A DNA stretch of 64,000 bases, from positions 2,170,001 through 2,234,000 of the forward strand of contig OZ251227.1 of the NCBI GenBank assembly GCA_965240325.2, given 5' to 3'. The DNA is from Rebecca billardiae RCC1528 (taxonomy: Eukaryota > Protista > Haptophyta). The translations under genes and the position numbers were made by a program. Below the pieces are notes generated by a model. It was not told the DNA's origin. It worked only from the letters and a program-made list of their open reading frames with translations, and ran no database searches. Below, in pieces: positions 22,102 to 32,776 of the stretch (position 1 is its first letter; each line of letters starts with the position of its first letter).

Positions 22102-24583
22102 TGGCCCGCGGTGCAGGGCGGAGCGCGTAGCGTGGAGCCCCGCCGGGGGCCCTCACTACGTTGTCAAAAAGATCTTTTGATCAAAGAAAAGGGGACGGGG
22201 GACGATTTTTACGGTTGTTGGAGGGTGAGTTTTCGCTTTTTCGAGGGGTAGATAGCTCTCTATCGCAAGATGCGGTTGACGAAATAGGCGCGCCCGGACG
22301 TGAGTAATAAGAAAGATCGAAGGCCGCTGGCCGTCACTTTGTCAGTAAAGTTTAGTCATCGTGTCATCGACGCTATTGAAAACTTGGTCGCCGGTCCAAG
22401 GGCCGTATTGTTTTGACAAAGTGCATGTGCATGGGTCATATACTACGACTGTTTCAAACTGCATGTCGGCGTACCGAGCGCGCTGTTTGCCGGTTTGCAT
22501 TATTTTGCGCACGCGGGGGTCATATTGAAAAAAACCGTAGTAAACTGTAATCACGCCTTAACCAAGTGTGCACGTTAAAACATGGTAAATGGTAGAATAT
22601 CGGGTTGAAGAATACTAACGACGAAGCTTTGCGCTCGCGTGGCTCGAGCGCGAGATGGATGAACCTCCTTTGCCATATGGGGGGGGCTGGGTTAGTTTTG
22701 GGGTGCCCTCAACTGCCAAAACCACCCCTCGCGGAGAGGCTTGGACGGACGCAAGATGGGCACCCCTCGCCCTCGCCGTCGAGGACAAGCCGGAGGACGC
22801 CCGTGTCGGTAAGGCACCCGCTGGGGCCGGGTCGCCGCGGCCGCACATGCTCGCGCCAGGCGCGTTTGAAAATGACCCCAAACGAGCCCACCCCAAAACT
22901 AACCCGGGAGGCGCGTGCGCACTGCGCGGCGCGAGCTCGTGGGCAGCATTGCTGGCGAAGCGAGCCGCCTTCTCGTGCTGCCCAGGCTGGGGATCCCCCC
23001 GCAATCACTCCTGATGAGGCGGAAGCGACGCGCCGAAGCACTCGCGATGCCACCGAGACGGGCAGAGCCGTTGCCCAGCGTCGCCTTGTGGGACATGGCG
23101 AGCCGCTGGAGCGGCCATGCTCTCCCAGTTCGCGCGGCCACCCCAGTGCGGCGGCCAGTGGCACCCCAAAACTAACCCCACCCCAAAACTAACCCAGCCC
23201 CCCCCATAATATGAAAGAAAAACGGGTTACCCGCCCGCCAGCGTCTCGCGACGAGGACGGGTGCCCAAGCGGCAAGCGCGCACATCATGATCATCGCCGT
23301 CGGCGGGCCCATCTTCGGCCGGCTCGAGCTGATGCACATCACGACGCTCAAGCAGGCGCTGTCCGTACCGACGTTGGCGCGCCTCCAGCGGATGGTCGAC
23401 AAAGCACCCGTGGGCGAAGGAGGACCACAATCATGGCCGAGTCATCGGAGACGTCGCTGACCTCGCGCGGCTTCAAACCGAATCAAATAAACATCAACCG
23501 CTCAGCCGGTTGCCACCGCGGCCGAGCGGTGCGCGCTCGCCACCGCGGCCGGCGCTGTGCACGGGCGTGCTGAGCCCGGGCCGCGTGAGCTCGCCCACCT
23601 CGCCCGGCGCGCACGCCGACGCCGCCACCGCGGCTCGGCGGCCGGACTCATCTCGGCCCGCAGCGCTTGCGTCCCCCCGCGGCGGCGCGCGCAGCCGTCG
23701 CCGCCGCGCAGGCCGTGCACTCGGTGGATGAGGAGACGGCCCTGCTGCGCGCGGAGCGCTGCGCGCCGCGCGCTGCTCCTGCTGCGGCGCGCAGTAGTCC
23801 GCTCGTCCGCCCCGCGGGCTCGCCACGGAGCCGACGAGCGCGATGACGACAATCGAATGAGCACGAGTGCGCACGGAGGCGCTGGGCGCCGAGCTGGCGA
23901 AGCGCGGCGCCGAGCTCGACGCGCTGCGCGACGCGGCGACGGACGCGCTGGGCGCGCGCGGCGCCCTCGTCGCGACGCCCCGTGCAGCAGCTCGAGCAGC
24001 CAGCTGTGGAGTAGACGGCCGTCGACTCGAGGGCGCCACCGCGCCGGGTGAGTGAGCACGCACGGGCTCCGCCTCGGTCGGAGGCTGGCTGGCCGCCGCC
24101 GTGGCTTCGAGGCCGACGCGGCGGAGGAGGCGGCGGGCGAGCACGGTGGCGCGGTGGAGCAGGCGCGCACGCGCGGCGGCAGGCGCGACCCGCCGCTCGC
24201 CTCGTTCCACCCCGAGCTCCGCTCGGTCTCGCCTCTCGGTGCGCGGCTGCGCAGCGCCGTGAGCGCAGGCTGGGGCCGCTGGGGGTGGGGCCAGCAGAGT
24301 GGTGCGCGCTCTCGCTCTGCCGGCACGAGGCGCGCCGGCTGAGCGACCAGCGGCCCGTCGTCGAGCGCGTGGCGCAGCGCGAGCACCTCAAGGCAGGCTC
24401 GCCCTGCGCGCGCGCGCCGCTGCCCCGGCCGCCGTCCCGCGTCCGTACTTCTTCGCGCGGGCCCGCGGCGACAGTCCTCATCGGCCCGCCATGTTGACCA
24501 GACCGAGACAGCAGCCGACGGAGGGTGCACCGCGGGCCCCTAACTACGTTGGTTCTACGGAAGGACCGCGGAACGCGGTCATA
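22102..24583 (+). mobile_element. non-autonomous Helentron/DINE-1-like element, copy A (contains a nested MITE and gene-like fragments)
   Basis: 5' subTIR GGCCCGCGGTGCA (22103-22115), inverted 3' subTIR (24526-24538) and terminal hairpin GACCGCG-GAA-CGCGGTC. Both ends are shared with 61304-63730. Confidence 0.75.
22678..23206. mobile_element. MITE family A, copy 2 (nested in Helentron-like copy A)
   Basis: Same TIRs and TA flanks as 16832-17369, with near-identical sequence. Confidence 0.85.
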
Positions 24584-25376
24584 GTGGATGCTAATTTTAA
24601 CGATAGTAACACTTATTAGGGGAATGCAGGGTGGAATAGCACATAACACCAGCCGTGTGTTCGAACATTCCGTCATAGTAAGATGCTTGAATTGTAAGAG
24701 CCTGAAACAGCTCGCCAACCATAGAAAAGAGAGGTTCGGTCGGCTTTTATGTCGCTTGAAGTAAAGTATTGCCGGCATCTGAAGTCATGAACCGTCGCTT
24801 CTCAGTGGCGGATATCATCAGGTTATGGCGCGATGTTCTAGGGCACGCGATCCGCATCGTTTCGCACGAACCCTCGCGCCCGCGGGCGACGAGATATATC
24901 ATTGACGCGGGTAGCCCTAAGGCGTTCCCGTTCCCGCGCGCGATTCATAATCGTATCCTTTCTGATTACTATAGTTATCTCCGGCCCGTCGATTAATACT
25001 GCTCATCACACGGTTCGCGCTGATGATACAAAAGCCCTGCCACACCAAGGGCCGTCCACGGCCCTTGGCCACACGAACGAGCGGGCTCGAGCAAAGCCTC
25101 TCGGCATGTTCGCGGGAAGTCGCTCGCCCAGGCCCTCACGCTCGCGCCGTCCATGACCATGGCCGCGCTGTGATGGCTCCGCGTGCGGAGTGCTGACCGT
25201 GAGCCTCTCTCTCTCTGGCTGCGCATGACGGCGCGGCAAGCAGCGCGCGCAGATCTGCGGGCGACGAGGCTGGGCGCCAGTCCTCGCAGCACGAGGCCGA
25301 GCGCGGACATCTGTTTTGCTCGCAGCGACGAGGCTGGGCTTAGATCTGCGAGCGGCGAGTCCGCGACGATGGCGAG

Positions 25377-25946
25377 GTGGCATATGCTACGGGCGACGCC
25401 GTGCTCCTCTCTCGCCCGTGCTCGCAGTCGCCCTCGCGCTCCAGGCCGTCGGCCGACAGCACCCGCGGCGGCGCCGACGCGCACAAAGGTCGCAATCCAG
25501 GGTGTCACGTGACGTGGGGAGCTCATTGTGCCCGCATTCGAGGCGGGAAGACGCCGAGGGCGTGCAAGGAGCGGCTGCTGCGGCTGCGGGAGGTCGTAGA
25601 CAGGCTCGAGCCGCGGCTGCTCGCGACGCTCTTTCCCGCCGCCGACCGGCCGACGAGCTGCGAGCTCAGAGCTGCGAGCTCATTCATCCGACGCTGCGCC
25701 GATCCCGCCGAGCGCGCGAGGCTGTGCGAGGCTGAGACGGGCGAGCTGCCGAGCGCGATCTCTGCGCTGCGCGCGGCCACAGCAGGGCTGCCCGAAGCGC
25801 ACCGGGCGGAGGCGCTGCGGCTGCTGCGCGTCGAGTTCGACACGGCGCAGCCCCCCGAGTCCGTCGATCGCGTCGATTACTCGCGCCCGCGCCGGCCGCG
25901 CCTCCTGCACGGCAACGCGCCGGGCGCGCGCATCGTGATTCGGTGA
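25377..25946 (+). CDS. hypothetical protein or gene fragment
   Basis: The 3' two-thirds are coding-like and helical (ERLLRLREVVDRLEPRLL...). The start is non-ATG and the 5' structure is unresolved. Confidence 0.35.
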   Translation: MAYATGDAVLLSRPCSQSPSRSRPSADSTRGGADAHKGRNPGCHVTWGAHCARIRGGKTPRACKERLLRLREVVDRLEPRLLATLFPAADRPTSCELRAASSFIRRCADPAERARLCEAETGELPSAISALRAATAGLPEAHRAEALRLLRVEFDTAQPPESVDRVDYSRPRRPRLLHGNAPGARIVIR

Positions 25947-27130
25947 AGAACGCGAGGGAACTACCAGGGCCGTGCGCCCTCAACTTCGTTGTTTACTACC
26001 CGAAGATCGGCGTAGCCGATCATAATAACTATAAGTATATATATATACTTACTACGAAAATTTTATATAACTAATAATAACTATAAGTATATGTCTAGCC
26101 GTCCTCGAAGCGCCTGCGCCATCCAGATGCAGCGAGGAGGCGAGGCACACGCCGGACAGGGCGGAGCCACGCGGCGAGATGCCAGACTTTATGCATTGTA
26201 CATATGGGATTATTGTTCCTCGGAAACAATAACGTGCGAGCGGCAGCCAGCGCTCGGACCGAGCGCGCGGCATGACGTGCAGCTCGACGCCGACAGACGC
26301 GCGGTGTGAGATGGATCCGCAGACTGAGAGAGCGAGCAGCATGCCAAACCGAGGAACAGGTCGATGCGGCGCACCGCGCCGACGCAGCGGCAAAAATGCC
26401 AGGCAACAAGCTGTCAACAGAAGGGGCGGGCGGGCGGGGCAGCTTGGAAGACGCAGCCCGAGGGCCGTCAAGCCACACGTGACACGAGAGCGAGGCACGA
26501 AGGACCATGGCCATCGTGCACAGGGCGCCTCGGAGCTGCGGGCCGCCGGAAACAGCTGCAGCCATCAGGACAGTGGGCGCTTCCGAAGGGCGTTCGCTGC
26601 GAGTGAGCGAGAGGCACGCAACAGCGTCGGTTGGCTCGGCGCCTGATGAAAAACCCAGTTCACCAATTGGCCGTCCTGACCGTTATGCCAACCTCGCCTA
26701 TTAGCCTAAGGCCCAGGAGCAGCGCAGCGAGTAAGCCGTTCTAGGCCGTCGTGCGTGCCCACAGAGCAGGCTCGAAAGCCCTCGTGGAACGAGAAGAGGG
26801 TGGCCGAGATGGCAGCCGGACCTGAGCTCGGCCGCCTGGCTCAGGCCGAATGGCAGGCAGGTGTTGGTTAGTGGTACAACGCATTGCGCTCCCAGTCCCA
26901 CCGTCCTCTTAGACAATCATCAGTTATTGTGCCAATAACCCCACATATATATATACTATGATACATATACTTACTACGAGCTAGTGCTGCTAGCTACTTC
27001 TTCCCCTTGCGGTAGGGGCGGCCTTCTTGGTCGGCTTCGTCTTGCGCTCGATAGGCTTCGTCTTGCTCGGCTTCTTCACACCGCCACTGACGGCCGGCGC
27101 CTTCGTCTGCTTCTTCCCAACGCTGCCCTC

Positions 27131-29425
27131 TTATCGGTTGAACTCGTCCGCGATCTCCTTCCAGAAATCTTGCACCTTGGCATCGAGATTCTTCCACTGG
27201 CCTGCGGCGAACGTGAAGCACTGGTCGCCCTGCATGCCACTGTTTTGCAGGCGGCGAATCTCGTGCGACACGTAGACGTTGTATCCGCTCAGCGCTTTTG
27301 GCTGTGCTTTGTTCGCCTCGTCTGCTGCCTGCTGATGGCGCTTCTTCTCTGCTGCACTGAGCATAGACCATTGGTTGGAAGCCCACTCGAGCGCTTGGGA
27401 AGAGGACATCCCGCGGTCGCAGAGGGCGCCCACCGCCTCAGAGACGTGCATGTTGTACGCACTCCACTTCTTCTTGGCCTTCGTCTGCGCCTTGGGCGGC
27501 ATGGCGGAGCTCGCGGCCGCGCGCGCGCTCGCGGCTGCGCCCGAGGGCGCGCTCGTCTCGAGCTTCAGCACCTTCGCCGGCATGGTGGAGCTCGCAGCTG
27601 CACGCGCTCTCGCGGCTGCGCCCGAGGGCGCGCTCGTCTCGAGCTTCCGCACCTTCGCCGGCATGGTGGAGCTCGCGGCCGCGCGCGCTCTCGCGGCTAC
27701 GCCCGAGGGCGCGCTCGTCTCGAGCTTCCGCACCTTCGCCGGCATGGCGGAGCTCGCAGCTGCACGCGCTCTCGCGGCTGCGCCCGAGGGCGCGCTCGTG
27801 AAGACGACGAGAGGCTGGCGCAGCACGTCGCGCACGAGCTCGCGCGCGATCCAGGCGCACTCGTCCAGGGAGCACTCGGCGGGAGCGGCGAGGCGCGCCT
27901 GCTCCACCACCTCCTCGCAATCCAGCGTGAGCATGACGGCCCACAGCACCGGCTCGCCGCCGAGCGTGGGCGGCTGCGCGCTCTGCAGAGCCGCGAGGAG
28001 CGCGAACGCGGCGTCGCGCCGCAGCAGCAGCAGGTTGAGCACGCAGCCCGCCCTGCTCCCGATCGCCTTGAGCGTGATGCGCGTGCGCTTCTCGCTGCGG
28101 TGCGCCTCGGCAAGGCGATGCGCCTCGTCCACCTCCTGCTGCGGGTGGTGCTCCGCCAACTCGCCATCGCGCTTGTACACAAAGTAGACGTGCCGGTGTT
28201 TCATCGCCGCATCCAGCGCCGTCACCAGCGCCGCGCGGGCCTTGTCGGCAGCGTCAGCGTAGACGCTTTCGTCGAAGTGGCCCTTCTTCACCAAGGCAAG
28301 GACGCAGGTGTCCTTGAGCGCGTCAAGCGCGTCGCACAGCAGATCGCTGCGCAGGCCGTCGTCGTCCCCAAAGTCGAAGTGGCGGTTGAACTCGCTCCGC
28401 ATCGATTGCGCCAGACCGGGGTACTGTGGCGGCTGGCCATCCTTCGCGCGCGACTGCTCCGTCAGGTACTCGCAGTACTTCTTTGCTGCATTCACGAATA
28501 TCTTCTTGACTTTGTCGCGGAATTTCTGGGGCGCTGCGCAGCGGCCGCTCGGCGCGGCGGTGGCGCCGCTCGGCGCCGCGGCGGCGCCGCTCGGCGCGGC
28601 GGTGATCACCGCGCCGCCACCGCCGGTGCCGCTTGGCGCCGCGGCGCCGCCGCCCGGCGCCGCGGCGCCGCCGCTCGGCGCCGCGGCGGCGCCACTCGGC
28701 GGCGCGGTGATCACCGCGCCGCCACCGGCGCGGCTGCTCGGCGGCGCGACGGTGCCGCTCGGCGGCGCGGCGGCGCAACTCGGCGGCACTACCATCGCCG
28801 CGCCGCCACCTGCACTGCTGGGACCGGCCGCACCGCCCGTGCTCAAAGCGGGCTCGGGAGCTGCCGAGACGCGGGCGCAGTCGCCGGCCGGCCCCGGAGC
28901 GGCCGGTGGATGCACCGCTATCGGCGCAGGCGGCCGCGCCTGTGCTGGATCAAGCGGCGCCAGGGCGGGCACGACTCGATCGGTGCGGACCGGTTGTACC
29001 AGGACTTGCTGCTCAAGCCGTCGGAATTTGTGCGCCAGCTGCTGGTTCTGCGCATGCTGATGCCACTCGATGAGCTGCAGTCGTAGCGATGAATCGATAC
29101 GCTTCTCGACGTACTCATCGACGAGGCGCATCACCTCATGCTGTTGCTCGGGCATCCATTCGATCGTATCCGGCCGGAGGATCGAGACCAAGCCCGCGAA
29201 ACGACGCGCCGACGTCGAAGTCGGCGCATCCGGCACTTTCGGTACGGGCCCGTCGGCTTGCGCCGCGCCTCCGTGAGGAGGGGGAGCTCCTTCTCCTCCC
29301 GTCACCTGGTCCAAGTCGTTGAGGAACGAGTCCCACAAGTCGTCCATCTGGTTCACGCATTGGTACTGCTCGAACAAGTCCATCTCCTGCCCAGCCGGAC
29401 TGTTGTCGACTTCGGGGCGGCTCAT
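27131..29425 (-). CDS. long protein with C-terminal tandem HMG-box-like domains and internal low-complexity repeats
   Basis: KKKWSAYNMHVSE...WSMLSAAEKKRHQQAA and KALSGYNVYVSHEIRRL...AAGQWKNLD. Paralog of 36961-37461. Contains 27-aa repeats. It ends at a TAA where the paralog has Glu. Confidence 0.7.
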   Translation of the reverse strand: MSRPEVDNSPAGQEMDLFEQYQCVNQMDDLWDSFLNDLDQVTGGEGAPPPHGGAAQADGPVPKVPDAPTSTSARRFAGLVSILRPDTIEWMPEQQHEVMRLVDEYVEKRIDSSLRLQLIEWHQHAQNQQLAHKFRRLEQQVLVQPVRTDRVVPALAPLDPAQARPPAPIAVHPPAAPGPAGDCARVSAAPEPALSTGGAAGPSSAGGGAAMVVPPSCAAAPPSGTVAPPSSRAGGGAVITAPPSGAAAAPSGGAAAPGGGAAAPSGTGGGGAVITAAPSGAAAAPSGATAAPSGRCAAPQKFRDKVKKIFVNAAKKYCEYLTEQSRAKDGQPPQYPGLAQSMRSEFNRHFDFGDDDGLRSDLLCDALDALKDTCVLALVKKGHFDESVYADAADKARAALVTALDAAMKHRHVYFVYKRDGELAEHHPQQEVDEAHRLAEAHRSEKRTRITLKAIGSRAGCVLNLLLLRRDAAFALLAALQSAQPPTLGGEPVLWAVMLTLDCEEVVEQARLAAPAECSLDECAWIARELVRDVLRQPLVVFTSAPSGAAARARAAASSAMPAKVRKLETSAPSGVAARARAAASSTMPAKVRKLETSAPSGAAARARAAASSTMPAKVLKLETSAPSGAAASARAAASSAMPPKAQTKAKKKWSAYNMHVSEAVGALCDRGMSSSQALEWASNQWSMLSAAEKKRHQQAADEANKAQPKALSGYNVYVSHEIRRLQNSGMQGDQCFTFAAGQWKNLDAKVQDFWKEIADEFNR
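27497..27800 (-). repeat. 81-bp coding tandem repeat, about 3.7 copies (TSAPSGAAARARAAASSAMPAKVRKLE)
   Basis: An 81-nt period is visible in both DNA and protein. Confidence 0.9.
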
Positions 29426-29596
29426 CTCGCGATGCCGGAGGTGGACAGGTGGTGCGCATTCGACGTCAAGATTCACGAGAATCGTCGTCGAATAAAGCAG
29501 GAAAAGGATCCGGTCCGGTTGCGCGGCGGGCGCGCGCCGAGCGGCCGCACAACGGCTCCCGCCTGGCGCAGCGCTCGGCAGTTCAAGCGCTTGGGG

Positions 29597-30888
29597 ATGG
29601 CCTCGCAAGCTGCACTCGACGCGCTGATTCGGCAGCAGAACGAGGCGGTGCTGGGTGGGGAGGACGTCGGGCGCGTGCTAGCGGCTTACGAGGCGCGCAA
29701 GCACAGTGGCCAGCGTCAGCCCACGCGGCCTCGGCAGCCGCCGCCGGCCCCAGCTGCCCGTGCGCAGCCCGCGGAGAGCATTCAGGCGCTCAGCGCGGGG
29801 ATGCACGCCGCCCACATCGCGCCGCCGCGCGCCAGCGGGCCGCCGATGGCACAGCCGCCGGCGGCGGTGGCCTCGCATGCGCCCAACGTGTATACACACC
29901 ACCCGGGGCAGCAGCTCGCCCCCCCTCCGAGCTCGATGATGCGGCAGCATGCGCCGCAGCACCCGCCACAGCACGCGATGCGCGCGCACGCGCCGCCGCC
30001 GCCCGAGTCAGTCGATGCGGTGAGCCGAGCCGGGGGCGGGCCCGCGGGCCCCGCGAGCGCGGCGTCGCGGATGGCCGCGCAGGCTCGCACGCGCAAGGAG
30101 CCGAGCGGCGGCGGCTCCGCCTACGTCTCCACGCAGATGGAGAGCTTGCTGCAGCCGGTGCGAAACGAGCGCGAGGCGCTCAAGCGCGCCGGGCTGCAGC
30201 CGCACAACTACCACCACGACAACGTGCAGAAGATCCGCGAGAAGCAGCACGCCGTGCAGACGCGCAAGCAGGCGGAGGACATGGAGAGCCACCGGCAGGA
30301 GGAGGCCCGCCGGCGCGCGCGGCAGCAGGCGATGAGCACCGCCTCGAAAGTGGAGCAGCGGCCGGGGGCGGCCGCGGCCAAGCCCGCGCCGCCCGCGACC
30401 GTGCAGCGGCACGGCTCGTACGGCAAAGTGCCCAAGTACCTCGCCGAGCGCAAGGCCGTCCGCGAGGAGGAGGAGCAGCTTGCACGCGCGGAGGCCGAGC
30501 GGCAAGCCAGCTGCCCGCCAGGTGCGCGCGCGCGGGCGGACGCGTCCCCGCGCCCGCCGCTGCCCCCGGGCGTCCCCGGCTGGCGCGTGCGCGGCCGCGC
30601 GCGCGCCTCACTCACCTGCGGTGCGCGCGCGCCATGACCCGTCGTCCGGCGGACGTTCCGTGCGCCGCAGGCACGCGGCTGGTCACCGAGGAAGAGCGCG
30701 CGGCCGTGCTCTCCACGATCGCCACGCGAGAGGCCGAGCTGCGCAAGGAGCTCAACTCGATGCCGTTCGTCACCAAGACGGTCTCGCACGCCAACCGCAA
30801 GAAGGCGCTCGAGGATCGGCTCGAGGAGATCGAGCAGGCGCGCGCGCAGTACTCCAAGCTGCGCGTGTACGTCGCCCTCGACTCGTGA
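29597..30888 (+). CDS. enkurin-domain protein (ENKD1-like)
   Basis: YGKVPKYLAERK...CPPG^TRLVTEEER...ELNSMPF...RKKALEDRLEEIE...YSKLRVYV is the enkurin C-terminal domain. Intron at 30522-30670. Confidence 0.85.
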
Positions 30889-31245
30889 AGCGCGCGTCCG
30901 CGCGTGCGCCTGCGCCTTGCGCGTGCTCGGTGGCGGGCTTAAAGCTCCGACGCAGTCGGCAGACTGAGACAGGCGTTTTACTCGGCCAAGCCGTGTATTC
31001 ATTTAGTATTCGGCAATCGGCATGGCCGTGAACACCGTCACTGAACACTGCCAACCGCCTGTGACTGACTCTGTCTGACTCTGTGACGACCCGGGCGCGG
31101 CCGGTGGCGGGCGCCCCGCGGTGTCGCGGGTGTCGTAGCCTAAGCCTGGCAAAGTTGGGCGGCATAATTAGACTGCGTATCGTGCAAATGCTGATGCGTA
31201 GGAAATATTATTTAAAAAGAACAACGATGTGGATAAGTAAGCGCA

Positions 31246-32106
31246 ATGATGGCGTCCGGTGCCGGCATGCTGTCTCATCAGGCCGCGCTCATCACTGGCG
31301 CCGGCCGAGGCATCGGCGCGGCTGCTGCGCGCCTCTTCGCGCAGCACGGATGTGCCGTCGTCGTGAACGACGCCGACGCCGAAGCCGCAATCGCTGTCGC
31401 GCAGGAGATCACGGCGGCCGGCGGGCGTGCTGTGAGCTTTCCTGGCGATTGCACGACGGATGCGTTCGCAGCTGACGCGGTGGGGCACACCATCCAATCC
31501 TTCGGGAATATCAACCACCTCGTGAACAACGCGGGATTCACATGGGACTCCATGCTGCACCGGATGAGCGACGAGGCGTTTGACGCCGTCATCGCCTGCC
31601 ACGCACGTGCGCCGTTCAGGCTGATCCGCGCCGCAGGAGAGCACATGCGCACGGACGCAAAGCGCGAAATGGAGACGGTTGGGCGCCCTACGGAGCCGCG
31701 CACGATCACGAACGTCTCCTCCAGCTCTGGTCTGCATGGCAATGTCGGTCAGGCAAACTATGCGCTCGCCAAGGCGGGCATCATTGGCCTGAGCAAGACG
31801 GTTGCCAAGGAGTGGGGGCCACTCGGCATCCGCTGCAACGCCGTCGCATTTGGACTCATCGACACGCGCCTCACGCGCCCAGCTGGCGAGGGCGGGTCGG
31901 TGAGCGTGGGGGGCACGGAGGTGCCCCAGGGTCTGCCGCCTGCGAGCGTCGCAGCCTGGCAGACTGAGGCTGCGCAGCAGCAGTTGCCCCTGCGACGCGC
32001 TGGTAGTGCTGAGGAGGCGGCTGGTGGCATCCTCTTCCTGGCGTCGCCTCTTGCATCGTACGTGACCGGCCATGTGCTCGAGGTGACCGGCGGACTTGGT
32101 ATGTAG
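31246..32106 (+). CDS. short-chain dehydrogenase/reductase (FabG-like)
   Basis: TGAGRGIG, NNAG, NVSS, catalytic YALAK and C-terminal SYVTGHVLEVTGG. Confidence 0.92.
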   Translation: MMASGAGMLSHQAALITGAGRGIGAAAARLFAQHGCAVVVNDADAEAAIAVAQEITAAGGRAVSFPGDCTTDAFAADAVGHTIQSFGNINHLVNNAGFTWDSMLHRMSDEAFDAVIACHARAPFRLIRAAGEHMRTDAKREMETVGRPTEPRTITNVSSSSGLHGNVGQANYALAKAGIIGLSKTVAKEWGPLGIRCNAVAFGLIDTRLTRPAGEGGSVSVGGTEVPQGLPPASVAAWQTEAAQQQLPLRRAGSAEEAAGGILFLASPLASYVTGHVLEVTGGLGM

Positions 32107-32171
32107 GAGGCAGTGTATGAACGTCGAACGACGCAGTAATTATATAATATTAAATATCAGCAGGCGAATAA

Positions 32172-32440
32172 TGGCCCGCGGAGTGTAACAGCAGCAGGGC
32201 GGAGCGCGCAGCGTGGAGCCCGCTCCGCGGGCACGACTACAGTTTACTAAGAATAAGAGACGCACACAGCTCAGGCAGGCGAGATACAGTTTATTATTTG
32301 TTTTAACGAATGCGTAAGGCTCACGGTGGCAGGTTGCCGCGCCATCCTTCATCGCACGCTCTCAGTAACCACGTTTCAAAATAAAGATCTTTGATCAAGA
32401 AAAAAGGGACGGGGCGGTCGGGGGACGATTTTCAGGGCTG
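32172..32440 (+). mobile_element. diverged 5' end of a third Helentron-like copy (C), interrupted by an insert of about 130 bp
   Basis: TGGCCCGCGG...GCAGGGCGGAGCGCGCAGCGTGGAGCCC...AAAGATCTTTGATCAAGAAAAAAGGGACGGGG...GGGGACGATTTT aligns to the 5' ends at 22102 and 61304. No matching 3' end was found. Confidence 0.65.
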
Positions 32441-32682
32441 GAGGAGACCGAATTTCGAATTTTGAGACCCCCTTTACTTTAGCATGCATTAGGCACGAAA
32501 CTTGGGCACGTCCGGCTTGTTTGTATTCAGAGGTGAATCAACGAAACCCACGCCCAAGTGTCCGAGCCTGGGTAATTGTGGGTAGACTCTCGAATATGGC
32601 CTCGCCGCCGCAAGAACGACTCTCACCAACTCCAATGGTGCGAGACATTTGCTCACCGTGCACACTGTCTTGGTTATCCATA

Positions 32683-32741
32683 CAGTTTACTAAGAATAAG
32701 AGACGCCTGCACAGCTCAGGCAGGCGAGATCAGTGACGCCC
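32683..32741 (+). mobile_element. dispersed TA-CAGT transposon terminus (other copies at 32240-32285 + and 45861-45918 -)
   Basis: TA|CAGTTTACTAAGAATAAGAGACGC..CACAGCTCAGGCAGGCGAGAT occurs three times. TA-CAGT ends are typical of Tc1/mariner/pogo TIRs. Confidence 0.55.
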
Positions 32742-32776
32742 ACCCTGGAGGGCGCAAGCCGCGTGCTCCTGCGCCC

